Assembly: GCA_035460805.1 (NCBI GenBank)
Contig: DATHWI010000117.1
Coordinates: forward strand, 1-49,963
DNA from: Verrucomicrobiia bacterium
GTDB taxonomy: Bacteria; Patescibacteriota; UBA1384; CAILIB01
Length of the DNA: 49,963 nt
Direction of reading: 5' to 3'
In this document: positions 1 through 9,165 of the stretch, in pieces
Layout: every line of letters starts with the position of its first letter
How positions within the stretch are numbered: the stretch's first letter is position 1
Notes under the pieces: generated by a model
Told to the model about the DNA's origin: nothing
Databases searched by the model: none
What the model saw: the letters and a program-made list of their open reading frames with translations, nothing else
Position numbers and translations under genes: made by a program

Positions 1-693
1 AAGGCCGAGGCCTTGGTGCGCTGGAACCATCCTACCCGCGGCTTTGTCCTGCCAAACGAGTTCATTCCGGTGGCAGAAGAGGGCGGGCTGATTGTGGAGA
101 TTGGTGAGTGGGCCATTGAGCAATCTTTGCTTCAGGTGAAAAAGTGGGAGTCGCAAGGGGTGAGGGACTGCCTCATCATCAGTGTGAACATTTCGCCCAT
201 TCAGTTTATTCAACCCGATTTCATCGATAAGCTGCGGAAGATCTGCAAGCGTCTCAAGGTGAAGGACCTAAGCTGCCTGCAATTTGAGATTACAGAGGGG
301 ACGCTCATGAACAACTTGTTCGTGGCTAGTGAGCAGTTGTATGCCTTGAAGGAACTGGGTGCCAATATTAGCATCGATGACTTTGGGACAGGCTACTCCT
401 CACTGAGCTACCTTAAGGAGCTTCCCATTGATCAGCTTAAGATTGACCAGAGTTTCATCCGCCACTGCCTTACTGACGAGCGGGACCGCGCAATTGTGGC
501 CACCATTATTTCCCTGGCACGCTCCCTTCACCTCAATGTGTGCGCGGAGGGGATTGAACATAGCGAGCAGCTAGGCTTGCTCCGCGGCCTTTCCTGCGAC
601 GCAGGCCAGGGCTACTTGTTCAGCAAGCCGTTGGCCCCAGACGAGTTTGCCCGCCACTGGAAGAAGGGCAAAGCCACGAAGGTATTAAAATAA
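1..693 (+). CDS. EAL-domain c-di-GMP phosphodiesterase, C-terminal fragment (5' end outside window)
   Basis: Frame 1 is open from base 1 and reads KAEALVRW (EAL motif at bases 7-15). Later EAL-family motifs: FEITEG, DDFGTGYSSLSYL, KIDQSFI, EGIE, GQGYLFSKP. Stop TAA at 691-693. Confidence 0.9.
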   Translation, partial: KAEALVRWNHPTRGFVLPNEFIPVAEEGGLIVEIGEWAIEQSLLQVKKWESQGVRDCLIISVNISPIQFIQPDFIDKLRKICKRLKVKDLSCLQFEITEGTLMNNLFVASEQLYALKELGANISIDDFGTGYSSLSYLKELPIDQLKIDQSFIRHCLTDERDRAIVATIISLARSLHLNVCAEGIEHSEQLGLLRGLSCDAGQGYLFSKPLAPDEFARHWKKGKATKVLK

Positions 694-717
694 GACCCCG
701 GGCGGGGTCTTATTTTG
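691..717. terminator. Rho-independent hairpin between convergent ORFs, probably bidirectional
   Basis: Stem TAAGACCCC (691-699) pairs with GGGGTCTTA (704-712), loop GGGC. TTTT follows on the plus strand (713-716) and TTTT also follows on the minus strand (complement of 687-690). Confidence 0.7.
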
Positions 718-822
718 TTATACCAAGGTAAGGATGGCTGCTACGGTGAGGCCGATGCCAAGTGCCACCGTGAAGAGACCCTTTACGCAGTAGTAGTCCG
801 GATCAACGTTGTTGTCCGCCAT
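718..822 (-). CDS. Candidate small hydrophobic peptide, 34 aa (below the ORF-track length cutoff)
   Basis: ATG is the complement of 820-822, TAA the complement of 718-720. Translation: MADNNVDPDYYCVKGLFTVALGIGLTVAAILTLV. GAGGAGG (complement of 827-833) lies 4 nt upstream of the ATG, the same spacing as the thyA SD. The C-terminal ~20 residues look like one TM helix. The ORF runs straight into the bidirectional hairpin. Confidence 0.45.
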   Translation of the reverse strand: MADNNVDPDYYCVKGLFTVALGIGLTVAAILTLV

Positions 823-912
823 AACGCCTCCTCAATTTACGTGGATAGGGTGCTCCCTTCTCCGGGGCACCGTTTTCATAGCTAACTTGTAGCAAGAAAA
901 GGCCAAAATGGC

Positions 913-945
913 AATAAGAAAAGGCCCATCCAGGTTGGATGGGCC
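913..945 (-). terminator. Terminator of the GGDEF gene
   Basis: Stem GGCCCATCC (923-931) pairs with GGATGGGCC (937-945), loop AGGTT. The minus strand then reads TTTTCTT (complement of 916-922). It lies 15 nt past the stop at 960. Confidence 0.65.
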
Positions 946-959
946 ATGAAGGGCTGAGG

Positions 960-2243
960 CTATTCGCCTTGGGGATTTTCCCTGAGCCGCATTTGTTGCT
1001 CATGGTATTCCTTCAGGGTCAGGCCTTTCTCGAGGGCCTCCTCAAGCGAGGGGAGAGGTGCTTTGCCTTCCCGGATATTTAAGAGGTCCTCACGGAGTCT
1101 TTCCCTGGTGTGGCGAAGTATCTTTGTCTCGTCCTTGGAGGCGATCATGTCCAGCGAGGCTTCGTTGACGATGCCCGCAGGGTCCAGGTAGTCGCTGAAA
1201 TCATCGACAATCCTGATGCCGGCAGTGACGCTGACGCGCACTGGCACGCCATCGATGACGATGGTCCGGTTCCGCATGGTTTCCGAGACTCGGCGGGCGA
1301 GGCTCTTGATCAGCTTTACCTGGTCCGAGCGAATGGGCTCGACGCCGTCCGTCTTGATGAGAATGTCCGGGTGTTTCCACCAGGGCAGGTCGTAGGGGAC
1401 GATCCAGCAGAACTCGTCACCGCCTTTTCTGTAGACGGCATCTAGGCTTCGGATGTTCTCGCTAAGGATGGCACCAAGTTCGCGGATGACAATATCACCG
1501 CCGCTGTGCCCGTACTTAGTGTTGAACATTTTGAAGTCATCAATGTCGAAAAAGATGACAGCAAAAGGATGCCTCTGCTCGATGAGCGATTGGATGCACC
1601 GCTTCCCGTGGGCGTCCGTGTAAACACAGCTCACCATTTGGTCACGGTTTTTCAGCTCAAACGTTTCCGTATGGTCCACCAAGTCCACTTTGACGAGTGG
1701 CACGCCTTGCCGTAGCGGTGACGCGGTCACCCCTATGTACCGGGCATGGATCAGGTGGGCCAGCGGCTCATCTTCCCGGTTGGTGTACCGGGGGATGGTG
1801 AGCATGACATGGTCGGTCCTGCCAGCGCGCATTTGCTCGGAAAGGTGTTTCCAATTCCTCATGTGGTCATGATGCCGCTTAAAGAACGGCAGCATCGTGA
1901 AGTAAAAGGGGCTGGGCACCTCTGGCAGGGCAAACATTTCCAAGGCGGGCTCGTTCAGTGCTACGACTACAGGGTCTGCGCTATCGGGCTGAAGGCGTAA
2001 GAGCGCTACCGGAATATCGCTCATGGCGATGTTCTCTTTGCACTCATGAATGAGCTCGCGCTCGGTGCATTGGGGGTCAAAGACCTGTTTGACGTGTGCG
2101 AGCGTTGAGCGCCACGCACGATGAAAATACGTTTTTGGCTGCTTCTGGGCTCTGGTAAACACGTTCTCTCCTTTTTCAAAGTGCCAATATTTTGACACTG
2201 ACAAGCATGCCTTGACCGTACTGCACGAAGCCCTTTTAGTCAA
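960..2243 (-). CDS. Diguanylate cyclase (GGDEF domain) with uncharacterised N-terminal sensory region and a C-terminal extension
   Basis: FFDIDDFKMFNTKYGHSGGD, then RSLD-AVYRK-GGDEF (I-site RxxD five residues before an intact GGDEF). About 200 aa upstream belong to no family I recognise. Start is uncertain: ATG 2243 or internal ATG 2024. Confidence 0.85.
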   Translation of the reverse strand: MTKRASCSTVKACLSVSKYWHFEKGENVFTRAQKQPKTYFHRAWRSTLAHVKQVFDPQCTERELIHECKENIAMSDIPVALLRLQPDSADPVVVALNEPALEMFALPEVPSPFYFTMLPFFKRHHDHMRNWKHLSEQMRAGRTDHVMLTIPRYTNREDEPLAHLIHARYIGVTASPLRQGVPLVKVDLVDHTETFELKNRDQMVSCVYTDAHGKRCIQSLIEQRHPFAVIFFDIDDFKMFNTKYGHSGGDIVIRELGAILSENIRSLDAVYRKGGDEFCWIVPYDLPWWKHPDILIKTDGVEPIRSDQVKLIKSLARRVSETMRNRTIVIDGVPVRVSVTAGIRIVDDFSDYLDPAGIVNEASLDMIASKDETKILRHTRERLREDLLNIREGKAPLPSLEEALEKGLTLKEYHEQQMRLRENPQGE

Positions 2244-2253
2244 CCTGTACAGG

Positions 2254-2913
2254 TTAGAAGAAGGTCAGCGGGTCAAGCCATTTGGTGAGCTCTGCCTTGT
2301 CCTGCACGTACCCCCTAAGGTCAATGGAATCGCTTTTAAGCAAGCCAAAGTGCAGGTGGCGCCTTTCCCCACTCGTCTCGGCGCTATAGGCCGTGCCTAG
2401 TACCCCTAGCTGGTCACCTCGCTTCACTGGACCTTCCTTAATAAGTGAAGATGGCCGGAGGTGGCCATAGATGCTGTATACTTTTTCTTTTTGAAAAAGA
2501 TGTTCAATGACAACCAGTCCGCCGTAGCCATCCACTACGGTGCTGCGGACCACGGTCCCGGCAGCAATAGCCATCACGGGGATGTCGCTGGTGATATCGC
2601 CATACTCTACATCTACGGCTGTGTGGTAGCCCCTAAAGCGCTCTGGCTGTACAGGTGAGTTGGAGGGGCTTACAAACGTGCCTACTACCTTTTTGGTGGC
2701 GCGCTCCCGGAACTCTGCAATGGGAAAGGTGTAGGTGGGAGTGGGTGTGGGTTGCGGAGTGGCGTCAGCGGTGGGGACGGAGCTGGGCGAGGGAGATATA
2801 ACGGGGGAGGCAGTAGGGCTAGGAGTAGCCCTGGGGGGCGTGTCATTGCGCACAAAGAAAAGCCCTGTCCCCAGGATGGCAAGCCCAAAAAGTGTAAGGA
2901 GAAGTTTGTGCAT
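2254..2913 (-). CDS. M23/LytM-family metallopeptidase, membrane anchored
   Basis: HTAVDVEY, SIYGHL and RRHLHFGL metal-ligand motifs. N-terminal TM segment MHKLLLTLFGLAILGTGLFFV, then a Pro/Thr/Ser-rich linker. Start set to ATG at 2913 (complement of 2911-2913) instead of the ORF-track 3018. Confidence 0.85.
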   Translation of the reverse strand: MHKLLLTLFGLAILGTGLFFVRNDTPPRATPSPTASPVISPSPSSVPTADATPQPTPTPTYTFPIAEFRERATKKVVGTFVSPSNSPVQPERFRGYHTAVDVEYGDITSDIPVMAIAAGTVVRSTVVDGYGGLVVIEHLFQKEKVYSIYGHLRPSSLIKEGPVKRGDQLGVLGTAYSAETSGERRHLHFGLLKSDSIDLRGYVQDKAELTKWLDPLTFF

Positions 2914-2992
2914 AGGGTGGTCCTGTATGCCGTATACTGACACTAACATGTTACGCAGTACCGGCAACGCCCGTAGTACTAGGTGAACCCTT

Positions 2993-3577
2993 TTGTTTAA
3001 TATGACAGCTACCTCCATAGAAGAAGCGGCGATTGCCCAATGCCAGGCCGGCGACCAGCAGGCCTTTGGCGTGCTGTACGAGGCTCATGTAGAGGCAATG
3101 TATGCCTACTTCTTTTACCGGGTGCAAGAAAGGGAGTTGGCCGAGGACTTGGTGTCCCAGCTTTTCATGCGGGCGTTGTCCAGAATCAAGCAGTACAAAG
3201 GCGAGAAAGGCAGCTTTAAGGGTTGGCTTTACCGCCTCGCGCGCAACATCCTTATTGACCACTACCGCTCCCACAAAAAAGTTTCTTCTTTGGAAGAAGC
3301 AGAGCAGGTGGCGGGGAAGGATGACGTGGCTAAGGCTGCATCTACCCGCCATCAGTTGGCGGCAGTGGAGGCATACCTGCAAAAGCTCCCGGATGCCCAA
3401 CGCGATATGGTGTATATGCGCCTGTGGGACGAGCTTTCCTATGAAGAAATTGCAGAGCTTACTGGCAAAAGCATTGGCAGCTGCAAAATGATACTTTCAC
3501 GCACCTTGCGCACCGTCCGCCACGACTTGGCGCACGTGCTGCTTGGTTTCATCCTTATGATAATTACCCTCCAATGA
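2993..3577 (+). CDS. ECF-type RNA polymerase sigma-70 family factor
   Basis: Region 2 (FGVLYEAHVEAMYAYFFYRV, WLYRLARNILIDHYR) and region 4 (YMRLWDELSYEEIAELTGKSIGSCKMILSRTL) motifs. ORF-track start 2993 is TTG; ATG at 3002 is an alternative. Confidence 0.85.
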   Translation: MFNMTATSIEEAAIAQCQAGDQQAFGVLYEAHVEAMYAYFFYRVQERELAEDLVSQLFMRALSRIKQYKGEKGSFKGWLYRLARNILIDHYRSHKKVSSLEEAEQVAGKDDVAKAASTRHQLAAVEAYLQKLPDAQRDMVYMRLWDELSYEEIAELTGKSIGSCKMILSRTLRTVRHDLAHVLLGFILMIITLQ

Positions 3578-5025
3578 AGCCTTACCAAACATTGCTTGAA
3601 GAGCTGTTTGCGGCCGACCCTTCCCTTAGGGAGCATGCGGCTGAAATTGAAGCATTACTTCCCACCTTACTAGCGGCAAAGCCAGTCCCTGTTTTGGACG
3701 AAGCTTTCCGGATATCCCTTAAACAGCGCCTTATGGATTCTCCTATTGCACAGCAACCCCTGCCGCATGGCCTCTTTATGCGCAACGCCTTTATTGGCGT
3801 GTTGGCCCTTGCGGTGGCAGGCGTCAGTACCATTACCTACCTGGGTACCCGTTCTGAGCGGGAGGGTACACCTGTGGTGACGACATTGGGCAAGGGGGCA
3901 TTTGGTACGCTGGCCAGCTCCGTGGGCTCTGCTGGTATGAGTGAAACAAAAGCTACGGATATGGCTTCACCGGCCATTGCCAGTTCTGATGGTGGTGCGC
4001 CTAGTGCTGGGGTTACCATGTCCGATGAGCGCTCCAGTTCCAGTACCTCACCTGCTTTGACGGGGGTATACCGGTTCTCCATCCCAGAAGGGGGTATTCC
4101 TGCGCTACCAAGCGACCAGCTGGATGTCTACAAGCGGGTGACCGATGCGCGTATCGCCGAGCAGCTTGGCATCCAGATGCCTTTGGTGAACCTGAAGAGC
4201 TTTGAGAATGCCAAGTTGCAGAACTTTACGCTGAACCAAAAGGATGGGTACACCGTTACGGTTGACCTAGACCGGGGACGGATCTCCATTAGCGACAATG
4301 TGTACCGGACCATGGATTCCACCATGCGGAACACTGTGGCACTTACGGATGATGAGCTAAAAACCATTGCTAAGGACTTCTTGTCTGCACATGGCGTGGC
4401 AACAGGCAGCTATGGTGAACCTGTTGTGCAAAAGTCCTACGATTACGCTGTTGCTGCGGAAAAGCAAATTGCTCCTGAGATGGCCCAGTCCATGATTGCC
4501 TTCCAGGTTCAGACGGGTACAGTCTTGTTCCCACTGCTCCTCAACGGTAAGAAGGTTGTTGGCATGGGAGGTGAGACGGTGGGGATGACCGTAAGCATTG
4601 ATACCCATACAAAGCGCGTAAGCTCTGTGTATGACATCTTTACCAACCACTACGAGAGTTCTGCTTACGACGTAGAAAAATCCGCCGAGAAAATTAAGGA
4701 GATAGCAGAGCTTGGCGGCATGTACAACAAGTATGGCGCCGCAGGGTTCACTGAAGGGGAGACCAAGAGCCTAGGCTTGGACACTCCTGAGCTGGGGTAC
4801 ATGCTTCTCAGTACCTACGTTGAAGGCAAGGACATAGAGTACTTAGTCCCAGCTTATATCTTTGCCATTAAAGATGCTGTAGTAGGCTCTTGGCAGGAGC
4901 GTGTGGTGGTGCCCCTCATCCCTGAGCTGATTGCTGAGGCAGGGGTTGGTGCTAGCGCAGGCGGTGGCGGGGAAATTATGCCTCTTGATGCCGTTGCTCC
5001 TGCAACTGCTATCCCGCAACAGTAG
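3574..5025 (+). CDS. Single-pass membrane protein coupled to the ECF sigma (putative anti-sigma factor)
   Basis: ATGA start/stop overlap with the sigma gene (3574-3577). One TM helix (FIGVLALAVAGVSTITYLG, residues ~72-90) follows a short cytoplasmic N-terminus, then ~390 aa lie outside the membrane. No zf-HC2 motif is seen, so the function is positional inference. Confidence 0.6.
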   Translation: MKPYQTLLEELFAADPSLREHAAEIEALLPTLLAAKPVPVLDEAFRISLKQRLMDSPIAQQPLPHGLFMRNAFIGVLALAVAGVSTITYLGTRSEREGTPVVTTLGKGAFGTLASSVGSAGMSETKATDMASPAIASSDGGAPSAGVTMSDERSSSSTSPALTGVYRFSIPEGGIPALPSDQLDVYKRVTDARIAEQLGIQMPLVNLKSFENAKLQNFTLNQKDGYTVTVDLDRGRISISDNVYRTMDSTMRNTVALTDDELKTIAKDFLSAHGVATGSYGEPVVQKSYDYAVAAEKQIAPEMAQSMIAFQVQTGTVLFPLLLNGKKVVGMGGETVGMTVSIDTHTKRVSSVYDIFTNHYESSAYDVEKSAEKIKEIAELGGMYNKYGAAGFTEGETKSLGLDTPELGYMLLSTYVEGKDIEYLVPAYIFAIKDAVVGSWQERVVVPLIPELIAEAGVGASAGGGGEIMPLDAVAPATAIPQQ

Positions 5026-5440
5026 GGCGCACCTCTTTCCGCCAGACAAACTTCAGGCCCGACCAAACCTGGGAAACTGCGCAGACCTTGACGTCTACCA
5101 GGCCCAGGGGAAGACACACTTCTCGGAGTGTGTCTTCTGTTAAGTCCGTCGCAAAGCCACTCGCTTTCTTGGGCCAACTAATCCAAATGGTACCGTGGGG
5201 ACGTAGTACATCGACCAACGATACAAGCTCTCGACGGAGCTCGTCTTTCCTGGTTACGAACAGGTGAATGAAGTCCACTCGTTCCATAGGCTTTCCAGGT
5301 TTGATCGATGCCTCGAGGGGTAATGGTCCGAGGAGATCTGCGTACTCCGCGGGGCTGTGCACCACATGCACAGTAGTGCCTTCCTTAATGCCAAGCTTGG
5401 CTACCAAGGGGGTGGCGGAGTATCCTTCAAGTGTATTCAT
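5009..5440 (-). CDS. DUF3052-like conserved protein
   Basis: MNTLEGYSATPLVAKLGIKEG...IWISWPKKASGFATDLTEDTLREVCLPLGLVDVKVCAVSQVWSGLKFVWRKE matches my memory of the DUF3052 pattern. Start set to ATG 5440. The ORF-track extension to 5791 would overlap msrB. Confidence 0.7.
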   Translation of the reverse strand: MNTLEGYSATPLVAKLGIKEGTTVHVVHSPAEYADLLGPLPLEASIKPGKPMERVDFIHLFVTRKDELRRELVSLVDVLRPHGTIWISWPKKASGFATDLTEDTLREVCLPLGLVDVKVCAVSQVWSGLKFVWRKEVRPTVAG

Positions 5441-5525
5441 GCGGGTACTGTAGCAGAAAACACCTTGTTTTCTGCGTATTTCTGGTGCACCATGACACCA
5501 AATACCGTCCTTAACCCGCACCTCT

Positions 5526-5921
5526 ATGGAGAAGATTGTCAAAACCGAGGAAGAGTGGCGGAAGGAACTGAGCCCCGAACAGTACCGGGTCCTAAGGGAA
5601 AAGGGCACAGAGCCTCCTTTTGCCAACGAGTATTGGGATAACCATGAATTGGGCACGTATGTGTGTGGTGCCTGTGGCTTGCCCCTCTTTAGTGCGGAAG
5701 CCAAGTTTAACTCTGGGTCAGGTTGGCCCAGCTTCTTTACGCCCCTTGTAGACGAAGCGGTGGAGTTGGTAGGCGATACAACCCACGGCATGGTGCGCGA
5801 TGAGCTGGTCTGTGCCCGCTGTGGCTCTCACCTGGGGCATGTCTTTGACGATGGCCCAGCCCCAACAGGGAAGCGGTACTGCATGAACTCGCTCTCCCTT
5901 CGTTTTTACCCGGAGGAATAA
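5526..5921 (+). CDS. msrB: Peptide-methionine (R)-S-oxide reductase
   Basis: CGACGLPLF...GWPSF...[26 protein letters not shown]: two CxxC pairs and the catalytic RYC motif. Confidence 0.9.
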   Translation: MEKIVKTEEEWRKELSPEQYRVLREKGTEPPFANEYWDNHELGTYVCGACGLPLFSAEAKFNSGSGWPSFFTPLVDEAVELVGDTTHGMVRDELVCARCGSHLGHVFDDGPAPTGKRYCMNSLSLRFYPEE

Positions 5922-6457
5922 TGACAGAAACAATCACCTTGGGTGGCGGTTGCTTTTGGTGCATCGAAGCGGTCCTCCAAGATTTGAGAGGGGTAGAATC
6001 GGTAGTTTCCGGGTATTCAGGCGGGAGCGTGGCCAACCCCACCTATGAGCAGGTGTGCGGTGAGCGCACAGGTCACGTTGAGGTGGTGCAAGTGGTTTTT
6101 AAACCAGAAGAGATTTCCTTGCATGACTTGCTGACTATCTTCTTTACCTTGCATGACCCCACACAGCTAAACCGTCAGGGGAACGACATTGGCCGACGGT
6201 ACCGATCGGTAATCTTTTATCATACCCCCGAACAGGAGGCTATGGCGAATGCGGTGATAAAAGAAATGGTGCACAAAGAGGTTTGGCCAGGGAAGATTGT
6301 GACTACCCTTGAGCCGTTTGAGGCTTTTTACCCGGCGGGGGAGGACCATCAGCGCTATTATGAGCGGAACATGGACCAGGCGTATTGCCAAGTAATCATC
6401 GCGCCAAAGGTGAGGAAGCTCCGCAAGTTCTACTCAGACAAATTGCGGGACCAGTAG
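5921..6457 (+). CDS. msrA: Peptide-methionine (S)-S-oxide reductase
   Basis: ITLGGGCFWCIEAVL (GCFWC active site) and GYSGG. TAATG overlap with the msrB stop. GGAGGA lies at 5912-5917. Confidence 0.9.
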   Translation: MTETITLGGGCFWCIEAVLQDLRGVESVVSGYSGGSVANPTYEQVCGERTGHVEVVQVVFKPEEISLHDLLTIFFTLHDPTQLNRQGNDIGRRYRSVIFYHTPEQEAMANAVIKEMVHKEVWPGKIVTTLEPFEAFYPAGEDHQRYYERNMDQAYCQVIIAPKVRKLRKFYSDKLRDQ

Positions 6458-6458
6458 G

Positions 6459-6488
6459 GAAAGCTGCCATGGGGCAGCTTCTTTTTTG
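6459..6488 (+). terminator. Rho-independent terminator after msrA
   Basis: Stem AAGCTGCC (6461-6468) pairs with GGCAGCTT (6473-6480), loop ATGG, then CTTTTTT. Confidence 0.8.
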
Positions 6489-6498
6489 TGTAAAGATC

Positions 6499-6528
6499 TT
6501 GACATCAATGGAAAGTATACTTTACATT
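6499..6528 (+). promoter_or_regulatory. Candidate sigma70-type promoter of the clpC-like gene (leaderless geometry)
   Basis: TTGACA at 6499-6504, 18-nt spacer, TACATT at 6523-6528. The ATG at 6535 lies 7 nt after the -10 and has no SD. Confidence 0.4.
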
Positions 6529-6534
6529 TACGGC

Positions 6535-9165
6535 ATGCAACTATGTGATATTTGCGGGCTACGCCCCGCTACAACCAAGTTAGTGGTAAGGAGAAATGGC
6601 CAGGAGCGTGTGCTGCACCTGTGTGCGGAAGACTATGCCCAAATCCGCCAGCGCCAGAGCTCATCTCCCTTTGAGGCATTGCTCTTTGGCGAGCATGACC
6701 CTTTGGATGCGCCTGTAACAAACAGGGAATCGGTTGATATCACCAAATACCTTTCGGAAAGCGCACGGGCAACCCTAGACCGCGCGGCCCTGGTGGCGGG
6801 AAAATTCGGCCGCCGCGAGATTGATACTGAGCACCTCCTCTATGCCCTCACCCAGAGCGAGCTTATCGAGCAAGTGCTCACTGGGTTCAAGCTCCGTACG
6901 GAAGATATCCGCGGCTACATTGACGCCAACACCCTCAACGAAGGCAAGGAAGCAGAGAGCTTTACCCTTACACCACGCGTAAAACAGGTAATGCTTCGTT
7001 CCTTCCAGGTTTCCCAGGAAATGGGTCACAGCTACATTGGTCCCGAGCACATGTTGGTTGCTCTGGTAGAAGAGCAGGACGGTATGGCCGGGGAGCTGTT
7101 GCGCAAACTAGGCCTTACCCCGCAGAACCTCCGCGAAAAGACCCTGAAAGTATTGGGTGCCAAAGAGCGCGGGGCGGACTTGGCTACGGTGGATACGCCA
7201 ACGCTTAACCAGTACTCCCGTGACCTTACCGCCAAGGCCAAACAGGGTAAGTTAGACCCCGTGATTGGCCGGGCCAGTGAGATTGAGAGTACCATCGAGA
7301 TTCTCTCCCGCCGCACCAAAAACAACCCAGTTCTCATTGGCGAACCCGGTGTGGGAAAGACAGCTATTGTAGAGGGCTTGGCTCAGAAAGTAGTCTCCGG
7401 CATGGTGCCGGAAGAATTGCTGAACCGGCGAGTCTTAGAGGTGAATATTAACGCCATTGTGGCGGGTACCCGCTTCCGCGGTGAATTTGAAGAGCGCATT
7501 CAGAACATCCTCAAAGAAATTACCGAACACAAGGACAGCCTGATTGTCTTCATTGACGAGTTGCACACCTTGATTGGCGCGGGCCAAGGCGGGGGTGAGG
7601 GCGGCCTGGATGCATCTAACATTATTAAGCCGGCCCTGGCGCGTGGCGACCTGCACCTGATTGGTGCCACGACGCTTAACGAGTATCAGAAACATATCGA
7701 GAAGGATGCCGCCTTGGAGCGCCGCTTCCAGCCGGTTTTGGTTGGTGAGCCAACGCCGGAGCAGGCCATAGAAATTCTCCGTGGTTTGCGCGATGCCTAT
7801 GAAGCGCACCACAAGGTGCGCATAACTGATGAATCGCTTACTGCTGCTGTGGAGCTTTCTGACCGGTACATTACCAACCGGTTCCTTCCTGACAAGGCAA
7901 TCGATTTGGTAGACCAGGCCGCGGCTCGGGTGAAGATTGCTATGAACTCTTTCCCACCTGAAAAACAAGAAATGGATGAGAAGCTGGCCAGCTTGCGCCG
8001 TGAGCACGAGGCGGCAATCAGCCATAAAGATGACCAGCGGGTAGAGAAGTTGGCCAAGGAGATAGAGAAGACGGAGGTGCAGTGTAACAAGCTGGTGGAC
8101 AAGTGGCGCAAAGAGAAGGGGGTTGCCTCGCCAGAGGTGACCGTGCGCCATATTGCAGAGGTGGTAGCCAAGCTTACCGGCGTGCCCGTGTCAGAGCTGA
8201 CGGAAGAAGAAAAAGAGCGACTGACCCGGCTGGAAGAGCGTTTGAAGCAGCGGGTCATTGGACAAGAAGAGGCTATCACCGCAGTGGCCAATGCTGTCCG
8301 CGTGTCCCGTGCTGGACTGACAGAAGGAAAGCGCCCGATTGCCACCCTTATGTTCCTGGGGCCTACTGGTGTGGGTAAGACGGAGCTGGCCAAAGCGCTG
8401 GCAGAAATGGTCTTCGGCAGCGAAGATGCCATGATCCGCATTGATATGTCGGAGTATATGGAGCGGCACTCCGTTTCCCGCATGATCGGTTCCCCTCCAG
8501 GCTATGTGGGATATGACGAAGGTGGGCAGCTGACCGAGCCTGTGCGCCGCCGTCCGTACGCTGTCATCCTTTTGGATGAGATTGAAAAGGCACACCCCGA
8601 TGTCTACAACATCCTCTTGCAACTCTTTGACGATGGCCGTCTCACGGACGGCAAGGGACGGGTGGTGGACTTCAGTAATACCATTATCATTGCCACGAGC
8701 AACTTGGGGTCAGACCTGCGGACGGAGTTTGATGGCATTGGGTTCAAGACTGCCGCCGGAAGCGAGAAGCCCACCGATGAGGCAAAGGATCGGCTCATGA
8801 ACGTGTTGCGCGGCCACTTCCGCCCGGAGTTCATTAACCGCCTCGATGAGGTGGTGGTGTTCCATCAGCTTTCCGAAGAGCAGATTGCCTCCATTGTGCG
8901 TCTTCAGCTGGAGCGCGTTATCCGTGTGGCGCATGGCCAGGGGATTACTCTTTCACTTGATGAGAGCGTGGTCCGGCATTTGGCAGAAGTAGGGTATGCC
9001 CCTGAGTTTGGGGCACGTGAACTGCGGCGTAAGATTAAGCGGGAACTGGAGAACGAATTGGCCCGACAGATGTTGGAGGGGATAGTTAAGGAAGGTGCGG
9101 CCGTAAAGGTTTCCTATACCAAAGGAGCTGTTTCCTTTAAGGTTGCCAAACCTGTGGCTGCGTAA
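6535..9165 (+). CDS. clpC: ClpC-type class I AAA+ unfoldase with extra N-terminal Cys-rich segment
   Basis: Two Walker A motifs ([30 protein letters not shown]). Clp_N repeats. Short middle domain (~65 aa, UVR-like [28 protein letters not shown]), unlike the long ClpB M-domain. GIGF tripeptide loop sits between TSNLGS and [10 protein letters not shown], where ClpP-docking loops sit. Start is placed after the msrA terminator; ATG 6508 is an alternative. Confidence 0.85.
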   Translation: MQLCDICGLRPATTKLVVRRNGQERVLHLCAEDYAQIRQRQSSSPFEALLFGEHDPLDAPVTNRESVDITKYLSESARATLDRAALVAGKFGRREIDTEHLLYALTQSELIEQVLTGFKLRTEDIRGYIDANTLNEGKEAESFTLTPRVKQVMLRSFQVSQEMGHSYIGPEHMLVALVEEQDGMAGELLRKLGLTPQNLREKTLKVLGAKERGADLATVDTPTLNQYSRDLTAKAKQGKLDPVIGRASEIESTIEILSRRTKNNPVLIGEPGVGKTAIVEGLAQKVVSGMVPEELLNRRVLEVNINAIVAGTRFRGEFEERIQNILKEITEHKDSLIVFIDELHTLIGAGQGGGEGGLDASNIIKPALARGDLHLIGATTLNEYQKHIEKDAALERRFQPVLVGEPTPEQAIEILRGLRDAYEAHHKVRITDESLTAAVELSDRYITNRFLPDKAIDLVDQAAARVKIAMNSFPPEKQEMDEKLASLRREHEAAISHKDDQRVEKLAKEIEKTEVQCNKLVDKWRKEKGVASPEVTVRHIAEVVAKLTGVPVSELTEEEKERLTRLEERLKQRVIGQEEAITAVANAVRVSRAGLTEGKRPIATLMFLGPTGVGKTELAKALAEMVFGSEDAMIRIDMSEYMERHSVSRMIGSPPGYVGYDEGGQLTEPVRRRPYAVILLDEIEKAHPDVYNILLQLFDDGRLTDGKGRVVDFSNTIIIATSNLGSDLRTEFDGIGFKTAAGSEKPTDEAKDRLMNVLRGHFRPEFINRLDEVVVFHQLSEEQIASIVRLQLERVIRVAHGQGITLSLDESVVRHLAEVGYAPEFGARELRRKIKRELENELARQMLEGIVKEGAAVKVSYTKGAVSFKVAKPVAA

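Noticed and set aside
803-1003. 66-aa minus-strand ORF in the EAL/GGDEF intergenic region
   Set aside because: It spans the GGDEF terminator hairpin and overlaps the GGDEF 3' end. It has no SD and a Gly/Pro/Arg-rich composition. The 34-codon ORF with a strong SD at 718-822 is the better candidate.
5441-5791. Long N-terminal extension of the DUF3052-like ORF
   Set aside because: It would run antisense through the msrB start. The recognisable family sequence begins at MNTLEGY (ATG 5440).
6516-6521. TATACT as the -10 box paired with TTGACA at 6499
   Set aside because: The spacer would be only 11 nt. TACATT at 6523-6528 with an 18-nt spacer fits better.
6385-6534. ORF-track start of the ClpC-like gene at 6385, which would overlap msrA by 73 nt
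   Set aside because: A clean msrA terminator (6459-6488) and a promoter-like TTGACA lie inside this extension. The extension translates to low-information sequence, so the start was moved to 6535 (or 6508).
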